Shown: piece after piece, positions 1 through 14,875 of the stretch
Numbering within the stretch: the first letter of the stretch is position 1
Layout: each line of letters starts with the position of its first letter
NCBI RefSeq assembly: GCF_009914755.1
Contig: NC_060947.1
DNA length: 64,000 nucleotides
Direction: 5' to 3' (one strand)
DNA from: the human T2T-CHM13v2.0 reference genome, Homo sapiens
Notes under the pieces: model-generated
Told to the model about the DNA's origin: nothing
Database searches by the model: none
The model's input: only the letters and a program-made list of their open reading frames with translations
Program-made: the position numbers and the translations under genes

Positions 1-939
1 CTCGTCTGAATAGAAACAGGAAAGTGGAAAATAAAATGTTCTAGTAGACTATAAGAGACAAGGGAATTCATCTGAAATTTTATGTTTTATAAAGGGAATC
101 AAATACTTTCTAGTTCTCATAATTTCTCATTCTCCTTGATCATTCTATAGGTTGTTTTTCTGACTTGGATGTTCTGAAAATATATGGAACATTTATTAGA
201 TAGGAGTACATATATTGCATAAAGCCATCTATACCTGGGGAATATAATGGTCGTCTTTGGCATACGTTTCTACATGTATTATGGAAGGCATTTTTGTATA
301 CATTGTAGTAGAAATTTTAAAAACATGAAATTTGAGAGGATGAGGCTACACATTATCTTCTATTAACACCTTTCAAAACAAGCAGATAGCAATTGGTTGT
401 TATGACACTAGAGAAACCATAAGTATAAATAATTATTTTAAAATCACTTTTGATCAATGTCATATAAAAGAGATAAACTGCCAAAACCAAGTCTTGCTTA
501 ATACAATTCACCCATTAAATATTGTGAAGACTATACATTTTAAAAAAATAGAGAGGAGAATAAAAATGAAAGTAGAATTTTTTGAAGGTCTTCCAGTCAC
601 TGTCTAAGACAAGTATTTGGGGTACATCATTTTCCAAAAAACAAACAAACAAACAAAAAACCTTACAAGTTTCTGTGATTTGAGTTGGAATAGTCTTTCA
701 GTTTCAGAAATGAGGTGAATGAATGGTGAAAACTTTAGACAGTTCTAATTCATGCATGAAACCATCCTGTAGATATGATACATGGATTTGAAATGATAAT
801 TGCAGTCTGAGTTAGCTTGGAATAGGATTGGTATTCACTATTGTAAAATTCAGTAACTTTGACTCTGCATTTATATTTTGGTAATGCAAATTTTAACCAT
901 GAAGCATGCTTGGCAAATGAAACTCCTAGAACACAACCA

Positions 940-975
940 TCTGATTTTGATAACGTGTTATTTTTCTTGTCCTAG
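940..975 (+). promoter_or_regulatory. 3' splice acceptor region (candidate branch point, polypyrimidine tract, AG)
   Basis: ctgattttgataacgtgttatttttcttgtcctag immediately precedes the exon. Confidence 0.75.
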
Positions 976-1020
976 ACTGATTCCAGGACATCAACTATTG
1001 AAATCTGCAGTGAGATATAA
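976..1020 (+). CDS. PCDH11X: Coding part of alternative terminal exon of protocadherin 11 X-linked short isoform (TDSRTSTIEICSEI*)
   Basis: Polypyrimidine tract and AG acceptor (tttttcttgtcctag, 961-975), then phase-0 ACT GAT TCC AGG ACA TCA ACT ATT GAA ATC TGC AGT GAG ATA TAA. The peptide matches my recollection of the PCDH11X C-terminus following ...VSVHTRP of the large upstream exon (outside the window). Codon 991-993 is TCA (X-type). Confidence 0.85.
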   Translation, partial: TDSRTSTIEICSEI

Positions 1021-1592
1021 CTTTCTAGGAACAACAAAATTCCATTCCCCTTCCAAAAAATTTCAATGATTGTGATTTCAAAATTAGGCTAAGATCATTA
1101 ATTTTGTAATCTAGATTTCCCATTATAAAAGCAAGCAAAAATCATCTTAAAAATGATGTCCTAGTGAACCTTGTGCTTTCTTTAGCTGTAATCTGGCAAT
1201 GGAAATTTAAAATTTATGGAAGAGACAGTGCAGCACAATAACAGAGTACTCTCATGCTGTTTCTCTGTTTGCTCTGAATCAACAGCCATGATGTAATATA
1301 AGGCTGTCTTGGTGTATACACTTATGGTTAATATATCAGTCATGAAACATGCAATTACTTGCCCTGTCTGATTGTTGAATAATTAAAACATTATCTCCAG
1401 GAGTTTGGAAGTGAGCTGAACTAGCCAAACTACTCTCTGAAAGGTATCCAGGGCAAGAGACATTTTTAAGACCCCAAACAAACAAAAAACAAAACCAAAA
1501 CACTCTGGTTCAGTGTTTTGAAAATATTCACTAACATAATATTGCTGAGAAAATCATTTTTATTACCCACCACTCTGCTTAAAAGTTGAGTG

Positions 1593-1957
<365 letters not shown>

Positions 1958-1963
1958 TTATTA

Positions 1964-2363
<400 letters not shown>

Positions 2364-4757
2364 TCAAAAGGAGAATGTAAAGTTCATACTCCCTGATATT
2401 TTGAAAAAAAGTATATTGATATTTCTTATATTACGAAACATAATTCCAGTCATATGAGGGTGGAAACAACGATTGAGATAGGAGATTTCAAAAAGATTTT
2501 ATCCCAACTTTGAAACTACCTAAGAAAAATGTGAGGTTGCTAGAGTAACTTATTTAAATAAGTCTGTTTTATTTCTCTAGCATTAAATTACTAAATATAC
2601 ATCATTGCTTTGAGTAATTTTTCCTTTAAAATGAATTCACTTTTCACAGTAAGTCAACTAACTCATTTCCTACACGAATGAGAAAATGCCTCATATTTTG
2701 TGTACATTATATTTTATTGAGGAAAGAATGACATGTTCCAATTTTATGCTATATTCTTAAACTATTTATGACTTACTAACAGTACTAACAGAATTTTTTA
2801 AAATCATGTTTATTGGGATAAAAAGGGAGTACAAAGGACCCTTATAATGATTACATAGCATATGCTTCCTGAATTTTAATTCAAATGTTAATTATGTATC
2901 ATTTTACCTTTAAAAGTGTGAATAGGATTTGGTCTGTTTTGTATGTACATTAACGTTAGTGTATTATTTGAAGTGTTCTTTGATGTGAATGTATTTAGAA
3001 AAGGTTTATGCTCTGTTCAGTATTTCAAATTAGTGTAATTCTTGGATATTTAATATATAGGTAATATTTTAAACAAGTTTCTGTTAAAATTTAGTGTTCC
3101 CATTAACTCCGTACAGAATCCCTTGTATTTCCAATATGTCAGGTTCCATGAATGTACATGCTATCTGGTTGTTTAAACATTACTTAGTTGATTATAATGA
3201 CTGTGAGTATAACTACTTTTACTGCTTATGGTAGATATCATGTGAGTTACAATATTATATTACATACTCTTAAACAACTGTTGTAGAAAAGTTGCTTGAA
3301 ATTAAAATACACACTTGTACAAGTTATTCACATAGAACAAGTTTGCAGTTACTCCCCTTTTATTCTTGATAAATATTTCAGTTTAGTTCAAATCATTCCA
3401 AGGAATGTAAAAATTGAATCAACTTATTATATTCCTAAAATCAGTGCCCTGCAGGTAGCAAGATATACCTAGAGTGGAGGTTTCCAAAATCTACAGTCTC
3501 AATTTAATTTTGAATAAAATGACGAAGCCCAGAAAAGTGAATCAGAAGTTGAAGTGTCCCATAATAAGCTGTCATGGCTTCATGATCATTTGTGTATGTA
3601 ATTATTATAAAAATGCATTTGCATTTTTATTGCTTGTGTCATGACTAGCCTGGCCTTTCCTTTCCTTTTCTGCACACACTGAACTAAGGGAGAATACCTT
3701 GTTTTTCTTCCATTTCAGTGAACCTTTCCTTCATAACTGTAATGAGTAAAGGTCCTAATCACTCCTTTGTATATATGAAGATGAAAATTCCTTGAAATAA
3801 TTATCCAGAATTTCTTTAAAAGCATTCCTCAATGGTTTTATGAGTGCTGTATTTGAAGAAGATTAAAATAGAAACTTTATTTTTAAAGCTGTGACTCCAT
3901 CTCTTAGAATGCAGCGTCTCTGAGAAAGGAACTTCTAAACTGACTTCTGCTTTGGGCTAAAATATTTACCCATATAAGCCAATGATAGTACAGAGATTTA
4001 ACAGTATTTAAATTTGGGCCATAGATGAAAATGAATTCTACTTTTGACTAGTAACTATTCTTGATCCATCCTTTGCTTTTGTTTGAGAGAATATTATCTC
4101 TATTTGAGAACAACATGGAAGGCATTGAAACTAGTTTTCCACAAAGGCCAGAGGACAAAAATATTTATTTCCTTACTTGATTCCTTCTTATCAGTTGACC
4201 TGGTCGCATCTTTAATTTAATTGATATTATTATTACGTTTGCCTTGCAAGTTCTCAGATATCTCCAACCTTTTGTGTTGTCATTCATCGACTACGGGAAT
4301 ATTCTCAATGAAATGTCCTTGATGGTCTCTCTGGTTCTTATTCTAGTCATGAAAAGGAAAAGACAAAAAGATAGCAAATCTTAAAACTAGTAAATAAAAG
4401 GAACTTGTAGTGAACTTTGTCCATTAAATTATAAGTAGCTTACCTGATGAGCTACAGTGTACTGTATACTTTCTCCCCTGCAAGCACTCAAAGAAATATT
4501 ATTTGATCAAAATCTATAGTGCATAAATTAAACAAAAAATACTGAAATATATTCTCATTTTATTTTAATTATGCAAGTTTATTTTTAATGATATGATATT
4601 TAAGCTATTATATTTCTCACTTTTTTATTTTCAATGATTTAAATGTAAAAATTATAAAACAATTTTAATCTCATTCATTAATTCATCTTTCATGTATAAG
4701 TCTGTTTTCTCTGTTGACCACCCTGTCCACATTATGAATAAAAATATGTATATACTT

Positions 4758-5110
<353 letters not shown>

Positions 5111-5348
5111 TTATATTCAATCAATATTTACTAACCTTGTCATTTCACCATGAAATACTAACTGCATCATTTTGCTGTTTTGTCACCTGCACTCCTCACT
5201 GTTGAATTCCATGTTGTAATTGTATATCTAGCTAGATGTGATGTGCAGCCTGAGTGTAACAGAAGCACTACAGGACAAGCAGACCTTGAGTAATCTTATA
5301 TAAATCTAAGCCACATTCCATAAATGCTTCTTGTAGGTGCTTTTGTGT

Positions 5349-5354
5349 AATAAA
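5349..5354 (+). terminator. Candidate intermediate polyadenylation signal
   Basis: AATAAA with upstream TGTA at 5215, 5221, 5255, 5332, 5346 and downstream GU/U-rich tagtttgtgtttatttt (5381-5397). Confidence 0.5.
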
Positions 5355-6433
5355 CGTATTTTCTTGGCTTTTATGAAGCTTAGTTTGTGTTTATTTTAAA
5401 TATGACTTAGCTTCCTAGAATATTCAAAGATTCTGTGATAATACAAAGCTATATTTCTTGCATATAATTAGTATTTTTAGAAAGAACTACAGTGCATTTT
5501 TTCATACATCGTGCGTGTTCATACATGACATCTTTGGTTTAATGTATTTAGAATTAGGAGTAGACTTTTAAAATTCTAGAGTAGCCATAGGTTTCTATTT
5601 TTATTGTACATGTGATACACATTTGTTGTAGAAAAATCTAGAAAATTGTATAAAGCTTTTAGATGAAGAATTTTAAAATTATTTGTTTTTATTTCAAGCT
5701 AGAGCAGTGAGTTCTTTATAACAGTAATTCTGTTTGAAGGCTATATAACTTTTTGAAGTGGTGCATTTTAAAATTATAGAATTATGCTTATTGTTTTATA
5801 AACTATACATCCAGGACTTTTTACATGTATTGAAGACTGATTTATTTATTAAACATATTGTTTATTTTTATAGATGTATGATTGGACAAATTTATGTAAT
5901 AACATACCTTGATTAGTTGATAGTGTAATACAGAGGCATGTTACATATCTCCACCATGAGACTAAACTCCCCTGAGTAAAAATATCAAGTCTTGATGAAA
6001 AAGCTTTTATACTTTAAAAAAATACCATCTAATATTTTCCAAAAGTTCCCTTAGAACAACCTAGTTACATAATTATTTCCCAGAATTTTCAGAACTCTTT
6101 TAATTTTCCTATATTCTAGATATTTGCAACCGAAATTGTTTTAAATGTTCCTTTTGAAATAGTTAATTACATTTAATTATCCATACATACACAAATATAT
6201 CCAATTAATAATAAAACTTTTTTGTCAAGTGAAAAAAATCACAAATCACATTTCATTAGATTTCAGGTAGTCAAATTGACATAATAATGAAAATGAACTA
6301 TTCCAATAGATTTTCTAGAAATATTTGTACTTTATCCCTTATCCTAGAACCTTATATGTACCAATTATATATTGATTTACTTCATAAAATGTTACTATCT
6401 TTTGAATACAGTTGACTTTTAAAAAAATTTTCA

Positions 6434-6757
<324 letters not shown>

Positions 6758-7380
6758 ACATTTTCATTCTTTTTATCTTAAAACTTGGAAGAAACATTAG
6801 ATACAATAATACTTTCATTAGTCAATTAGAGAAAAGTTTAAGTAATACGGCTTTGACTATTCAGTAGTAGTGAAAAGTAAAACAAATATTGAACTCTAAA
6901 GAAAAATGTTATTTACAGAAATCTATAAAATAAACTTTAAAATGTATTTACTTATTATATATCAGTTCTAACCTTAATTACAAAATCAATGCAGAGCACC
7001 ATTTCAATGATATATTATAACTAAAGAGAATTGATCATAAACAACTGTTACGTTATCCAAAAATATTTTCAGTAATTCAAACATGCAACTTGAATAGTTG
7101 TTGAGTGACACAAACTTGAAGCAACTAAAATTATTTTTTTAAATGCACTGGCTCTTTTGACATGTAAATACAGAAATAGTCTCATATTCAAGGATGGAAC
7201 AAATACACAAAAATGGAATTTCATGGACTCTCAACACTAGTTTGTGACCTCTGAAATGAGAGACCATATTTTATTATTATTTTTATTTATTTCATCTCTT
7301 GTTATTCAAAACTATGAATTGAGTGTATTTTTTGCAGAAAATTATACTCATCATTTATGATACTCAGATTAAATAATTAC

Positions 7381-7679
7381 TTTTTTGTTTTGTTTTGCTT
7401 TTTAAGACATAGTCTTGCTCTGTCTCCCAGGCTGGAGTGCAGTGGCCTGATCTCAGCTCACTGCAACCTCCGCCTCCTGGGTTCAAGAGATTCTCCTGTC
7501 TCAGCCTCCTGAGGGACTATAGTCATGTGCCACCACACCTGGCTAATTTTTGTATTTTTAGTAGAAACGGGGTTTCGCCATGCTGACCAGGCTGTTCTCA
7601 AACTCCTGACCTCAGGTGATCCACCCGCCTCAGCCTCCCAAAGTGCTGGGATTACAGGCGTGAGCCAGCGCACCTGGCC
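7381..7679 (-). mobile_element. AluS, antisense
   Basis: T-rich tail then reverse-complement Alu ending ...cacctggcc; small deletion near 7513; degenerate TSD aaataatt. Confidence 0.93.
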
Positions 7680-9356
7680 AAATAATTGGTTTTTTTACAC
7701 AAATTTAATTATCCAAAGAAACTGCTGAGTTATCTTCCAGATTGTTATCATGACTGTGTTTACATGATACCAAAACATATGGAGGCAAAATAGAATTTTT
7801 TACTACATATAGGGATATTTTGCTGACCTGACAGAATTATTTGACTACATAAAGACACAGAATTTAGTACTACAGAATGATATTGTAAATAGTTTCATTT
7901 TCGATAGAAAAAAGAGTTTTACATGCTATATAAAGTTGTCGTTATCTGAATCTAGAATAACTGATAACAGTTAACAATGGAATTCCACACAGTGCTGCAA
8001 TTCAATTTTACATTTATACATTTTAGTTGTGTATAAAGACATACACTTATTTATTTCAAAATGCACACAAATTAAAGAAATGAGAGGGAATGTACACTTA
8101 AATCTTTTTAGGTGTCTGAACTGAAAGATAGATGTCTAGAAGTTAATATACCTAATTGTGTGTCTAGAGGAAATGTCATATTAATTTGATGTTTAAGCAG
8201 TTCTAATGTATTGGTATTAAAATGGGTTAGTGTATGTGTGAGCACAGATATGTTTGCATATATGTGTGCATATTTATGTTTGTCAAATTTCTAGCAGAAA
8301 AAAGTAAGATAAACTTCAAACTAAAGAAAGCTTGTTAAAAGATTTTGCATCTACATTTACAATGTTATTGTCCCCTTTTACACCATTATGCCTCGTTTCT
8401 AAACTATAATCACCCAGTATCCCTGATATCATCCCATATATAATCTTTCATTTAGAAAATCCTTGTCATATCCAGTACATTCTGTATATGTCCTCATGTT
8501 TTTTTCTTTTAAAAAAATTGTCTGTTTCCCAAATGATCACAGATCCAGTAATGTTAAAGTACATATAAAAAATTAAATTGATTTTTGTTATCTAAGTACT
8601 AGTACAGATTCTGCTTCTCTTGCACACACACACAAATAAAGACAAATTTGTTTTCCATAATAGCCAACTTCTGCCCAGTTGTTATAACTAAAATATATCC
8701 AAGTAAAAGTCCATTAAAACAATCCTCTTTATTTTGCATTGTTACATTACTTAATTTTAATAATTATGAAAATAAAAAGAAAGAAGTAGTTCTCTGTTAG
8801 TCTTCTGTACAATGTCAGATTTGCTGTTTCATGTGTCTTCAACTTTATGGGTTTAATTTATGTCTTCATCAAATGGCTATGGTATGGATTTACCATAATT
8901 GTATACATGCATACATGCCTACCTATGTATATATAAACAAACATTTTTGTAAACAGCTCAGTGAGGACTTTGGACTGGCATAAATCATAGGAATATGATT
9001 ATGAGGATACATCCAATTTTCAGATTGGGCAATGTATACAGTTTATTATCATTTCTGATTTTGGGTAGAGTTAGTACTAAGAACAGCATTGAAGAAAAGC
9101 AGTATAACATTAAAATTAAGAAGATTTAAAATACAAGAGGATTCATAACAGTCACTTTTAAAATATTGTTTTGGCTTTCTACTTTGGAGCTGTAATTTTA
9201 AAAAAAGAATGAACAGGTTTTTGTATGAATATGTTAGAATGACTAATTATAGAGCATCTTTCAACTGGAATACATGTAGATACTAACACCTGGTTGTATT
9301 TGATGTAATTTCAGTGCATACAGTGTGTGTAATCTGTATTAAGTGAAATACTTATG

Positions 9357-9362
9357 AATAAA
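9357..9362 (+). terminator. Candidate distal polyadenylation signal
   Basis: AATAAA with five TGTA in the 82 nt upstream (9275, 9295, 9304, 9328, 9335), CA dinucleotides ~15-25 nt downstream and a U-rich tract near 9398-9403. Confidence 0.6.
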
Positions 9363-10073
9363 GTTGTTTCTGCATTGCAATAACACATCTTCTGATATTT
9401 TTTGAAGTGCTTCTTGTCAGCAGGGGCTACTAGTTTCATTAACATCATCAAGGATCCTAAAATATTTTTAGCACAATGACATCCTACATTCTTCATGGTA
9501 TAGCTCATTATCTGTGCTGGATTAACCAGAATTTTTATATTGTCATTTCTGTTCACCACCATTGTGGTGTAACTGATCTTTTTCGATTAACCCAAAGCAA
9601 TGAAGTAGTCATATTTACTAAAGTTTTAGTTTCGTGCGTTTTATTGTATTAACATTTTTTGAATATTGGTAATGTGGTATCATTTATGAACCACTGTATT
9701 TGATAAAGCATTATCGATAATGGAGTTTACCATGAGTTCAGACAAGATAAATTAAATATTTCTCAAACTCCTACTGTGAGTAAGGCAATGTGGAGAAGGT
9801 CAATGGTTATGGTGAGGGATGGGGTATAGGGGGCTAGAAATGTAGGATGACCAAGGTTCTCCCCTAGTTGCTATTACTGTAAAAAGCCCCCTGTCCAAGG
9901 AGTTGAACTGCAAGTATGTTTAATAAAAAAACAAAAAACAAACAACTTTCCTTTTTCCAGTGCAGAAAATTTGTGAGTATATAATATCAGGGTTTAAAAA
10001 AAAAAAGAAAAAGAAAAAAAGCACATAAAAGTGACAAAATATAAAATTTCAGTGTTTACTATAATAATTAGAG

Positions 10074-10076
<3 letters not shown>

Positions 10077-10113
<37 letters not shown>

Positions 10114-10127
10114 GAGAGAGAGAGAGA
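10077..10127. repeat. (GT)n(AG)n compound microsatellite
   Basis: Directly visible. Confidence 0.97.
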
Positions 10128-10179
10128 ATATCACTAGTAAACCACCTCCCAAGTATGTATTGGGTATGGGCATGCATGT

Positions 10180-10650
10180 ACTTAACCCATTTCAGGAAGC
10201 ATCCTAAAGTCAGCAACACTTTCCTCTCCTCAGTCACATCCAAGCCAACAGCTATATTATGTTGATAATACCTCCAAAATACCCCTGACATTTGTCCCGT
10301 CGCCATTTCCTTTTTCCAGTCTTAGTCACCAGTTACCTGTTCCACTACTAACAGGTTGCCTTACTTTCTACTTTCATTTGTTCAATCAATTTTCTACCCT
10401 GTACCCATAATACTCCTAAAACACAGGTCTGATCCAGTGAAGCCTGACAGAAAAGCTTCTCTTTCCTCATTGCACATAGAATAAAGCCTCAATTTTTATA
10501 TTTTTCAAGGGACTTTGCAATCTTAACCAGTTCTACTTGTTCATTCTATCTCCTACCTTGCCATGCACCTCATATTTTTGTCATTTCTTCTGCTACCCCC
10601 TCTTCCCTGATCATGGCATGCACTTTGATGCCTCCATAAATCTGCACAAT
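10180..10650 (+). mobile_element. L2 fragment (degenerate)
   Basis: Pyrimidine-rich L2-like motifs (cacatccaagcc...acctccaaaatacccctga...ctaaaacacaggtctgatc). Confidence 0.5.
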
Positions 10651-10769
10651 TTACCAGAATTATTTTGAGGACTTTTTTTTTTGTTAAGACACCGCTGCAA
10701 GGACAAAAACAAAAATAAACTGCAATTGGCGATATTGAAGTGCAACTGTGGAGATAGGACAAGAACACA

Positions 10770-11017
10770 TTTTTTTTTTTTTTTTGAGACGGAATCTCGC
10801 TCTGTTGCCCAGGCTGGAGTGCAGTGGCACGATCTTGGCTCACGGCAACATCCGCCTCCCGGGTTCAAGCAATTTCAGGCTAATTTTTGTATTTTTAGTA
10901 GACACTGGGGTTACACCCTGTTGACCAACCTGCTCTCTAACTCCTGACCTCAAGTGATCCGCCCGCCTCATTCTCCCAAAATGCTAGGATTACAGGCGTG
11001 AGCCACCGCGCCCGGCC
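10770..11017 (-). mobile_element. AluS, antisense, ~50-bp internal deletion, with TSD
   Basis: Jumps from gttcaagcaatt directly to ggctaatttttg; TSD aagaacaca at 10761-10769 and 11018-11026. Confidence 0.93.
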
Positions 11018-11413
11018 AAGAACACAATTTTAATACCAGAGAGTATATGACAAAAATGAAGAAATGCTACCTGATTTTATTAAAAATGAAACAAGTCGGC
11101 ATGCTATCATTTCCTTCCATATCTTTTCAAATCTTAGCATCAACCTTACATAATTCTTATAAAATTAAAATGTTTCAAATAAATGACTAGGTCATATAAC
11201 CTGTAAACATCAGTTTCTGGAAACTATTCCCAGAAAATTGTTACATTGCTTTTCTTCATTAATTCTAGAAAGATTTTTAAATCTCTATTTTGGATATTTT
11301 GATTGTTGTTACTCCTTTTGTCCATGAGTTATACTCAAAAAGTATCAAAGGAAAAATTTAACGCATTTATTGATCTGGATATAGTCCATATACAAAGGGG
11401 TGAGAGAACCGCA

Positions 11414-11496
11414 TTTTTTTTTTTTTTTTTTGAGATGGAGTCTCGCTCTGTCGCCCAGGCTGGAGTGCAGTGGCGCGATCTCGGCTCACTGCAAGC
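11414..11496 (-). mobile_element. Severely 5'-truncated AluY (3' ~65 bp plus tail)
   Basis: T-run then gagatggagtctcgctctgtcgcccaggctggagtgcagtggcgcgatctcggctcactgcaagc; near-identical to the AluY 3' end. Confidence 0.92.
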
Positions 11497-13782
11497 GCTT
11501 TTAGGCATTTTAGCACAAGAAGCATCTCAGTGTGTGATTTCTTCAAAGAAAAATATTCCCAGTATGCTATATGGCGAGAAAAAAAGACATTCTTGTCTTC
11601 AATAGAGGGACATTTTCTGTGGTGAATAATCACAAATCTATATTGACGACTATGGTTTGGATGTGTTTGTGTAGACATAAATCCTGTCGCCGAAGTACTG
11701 AGATGAAATGTTCACCCCAAATAGAAATCATTGTGTCTCTCCGCCCCTCTGCTGAAAATCAAAGTTATCAATTTCGGGAAAACATGAACAGATGGAGAAA
11801 CCATGGGATATCAAATGTACATATATGTATGTCCAAATTATAACATGGCAGAGCTACTCTGAAAATGCAGAAACTACATATCCCTACTCAAAACTGACTA
11901 TATATATATAAAATTTTAAGGAATGAACTTCTTGGCACTTACATTGAAAGCAAATATGCTACCTGCTTCCTAGAAATAGAACGGATAAAAATAAACCACC
12001 GAGTTCTTAAGTTAGCCCTTTTTACTTTCGTTCTTACTACGACATAAAAAGTCTTTCTAAATTATATGTAGGAAACATTCTGGGAAATTGGGGTTTTGTT
12101 TTGTTTAGTTTCTCTTTCATATCTTTCCTAGACAATCTTATATCAGGAGATTCTTAACGCCAGCTTTAGGATAAGACATTTCCATGGTACATGTTTTATA
12201 AAAAATCGTGACTTATGTCACCTCTTTTTGTAAAGGAAATGAACACCATCATGAATAGGAAAATAATGTTTCTTTTGCTCAGTTACAACTATAGAGAATT
12301 TTCAATCATCCCAGATAAAATAAAAGCAGCTATTAACATTCTTAAAGTCGGTGACTATTTTCTTCAGTGCACATACCTTGGTAATAGAGGGTCATTATAA
12401 AGGGGTAATATAGTGAAAGACTAGATATGAAGACAAGACTAAGGACTCAATAACATGAAAAACATAGCAAGAACAGTACATTACCATATTTCTAGTGAAC
12501 AAATGTTGCTTTTATGTTTGTGTGGTGTTTTAGATTTTCTTGAAGTGCTTCCATCAGGGCATCGGAAAGATTTTTATTCATAAACGCACCCCTCTTATTC
12601 CCTTTTAATCTGATAGAGGCCAAAAGTATGTTTTACTCCGATTTATTTCTTAGAAACAATTATATCTAAAATGAGTCTAACTGAAAAGGTACAATAACAA
12701 TATTCCAAATATGCCTTAACTCTATTTCTACCTCAAATATCACTGTGCTTATGTATGAAATTTCAAATTTCATGGTCCATTTTTTTTGTTTCATGGAGAA
12801 AAATACCATGTCCCTTCTGATATGAAATCAGAATCCCAAGAGACAACTCAGAAAATAGACTTGCAACATATCCTTTTTTAGGTTAGTCTGGCATGTAGAA
12901 TGTGTTAGAACCCCAGATTGGCTACCACATATAGACATGGGAAGTGTTGGATATACTAACAGATAGAGACTTGTCCTATTAACACATTAAAGAAACATGC
13001 TGTAGTTCAGACCTTCTCATCCTCTGGGCACCCTTTGTGACCCTATGTTCACATAGGGGCATGCACCTTGACTCACATAATTTCTGTTAATCCAATAAGA
13101 GAAAAAATCTCAGTCAACTACACACTTTCTGGATAAGGTGACTCTTTTTACTCAGGAAAACAGTTTTCTGATCATGTTCCCTTATAATACATTTTTATGC
13201 CTTTCTTAGCAGTATTACTCTGTGGTATACTTCAGTCAAATCACCTGAACTCTCTCATTCCCTGAGCGGTGGTCACTGTACTCATCACAATGTCTATATA
13301 CACTGTGTGGAGAGTAAAGTTTATTTAACCACATAAGCTGCTATTCTGAAAATACATTTTTCACATTGAGAGAAGTATAGTTTGTGTAGCTAAAGCTATA
13401 CAAGGTGGTTGAGTGTTGGGAAAAAGAGATTGAGACAGGGAGAGGGTGCTAGTGCTGAAAAGATCAAAAGCCTAACAGGAAAAGAGAAAGAAGTGGTAGG
13501 ATACAAAAGATCAAAACTATGGATTCTCTCGGACATTTCCTCAGTTTCATCAACCTACATATTTATTAGTTTGCCTCTCCCTGGTAATGCCTAGGATTGG
13601 TCCTTGCACAAGTTATCATTTCTGAAGGTTTCACATATTCATGCCCCCAAGTTTTAACACCTTCTCTCATCTCTGACAGAAATATCAAATAATTTTATAT
13701 ATTCTACATGAGGTTTCCCCTTGCCCAAAGAAACCTAACAGTCCAGAAAGATATTTATGTAAGTTTGATTTCTGTACAGATG

Positions 13783-14059
13783 TATATAATACTGATATTA
13801 TATATAATACATATTATATTATATATGTATATATTTATGTGTATCATATATTCATTATATTACACATTCCATATATTTACATATTACATGTATAATATGT
13901 AATACACTTAACATTACATACATTATACATATATACATATACATATGTTATGTATTATATATTATACATATTATATACATATACACGTATATTATGTATA
14001 TGTATATATGTATATTATGTACATGTATGTAATACACATACATAGTATATATAAATATA
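13783..14059. repeat. (TA)-rich degenerate simple repeat
   Basis: Long TATA/TACA/TATG mosaic. Confidence 0.9.
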
Positions 14060-14197
14060 AAGCTAAAATACAGTTAATAGAACTTAAATTTATGTCCCAA
14101 TTTGAAAAAGAAAAAGATGAAGAGTGTATTCTTCTAATAGGAACAAATTTTTGTTTTGGTCTTGGAGAAATATTTTACTTACTTAATTAAGTAATAA

Positions 14198-14494
<297 letters not shown>

Positions 14495-14619
14495 TTATTT
14501 TATATTGAGAATGCTCTCTAGTCTTCTGGTTATGTTATACTGCCTGACCTAATTTTCAAGACTGTAGTATTACCTATAATCTTTATGAGATTTATTGTTT
14601 TACCTGTCTTCAGCTTCTA

Positions 14620-14875
14620 TTTTAGAGATGGAATGGATCCTTAAAGATCATGTAGTATCCTAGTCTGCCTCTATTATTTGACAAATGATGGAACCAAGGC
14701 CCAGAGAAAGAACTGACCTTTAATGAGCAGCTATTTTATGTCAGGTAATGTGCTAGGTACCATACCTATGTTAGTTCTTTATCTCAGAGAGGTTATAACA
14801 TTAGTAAGTGGCAGAGAGACAGTCTATAGTTAAGTCTGATTGACTCTTAAGTTCTCCTTCCACTATACTACATCA
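14620..14875 (-). mobile_element. MIR/MIR3 fragments
   Basis: tttgacaaatgatggaaccaaggcccagaga and tagtaagtggcagag resemble the MIR core. Confidence 0.55.

Noticed and set aside
878-1069. 63-aa ORF overlapping the exon
   Set aside because: It is in a different frame from the splice-defined PCDH11 peptide, starts at TTG in the intron and resembles no protein I know.
11303-11843. 100-, 103- and 90-aa ORFs in the CpG-retaining region
   Set aside because: Partly Alu-derived, no recognisable domain and no convincing splice structure.
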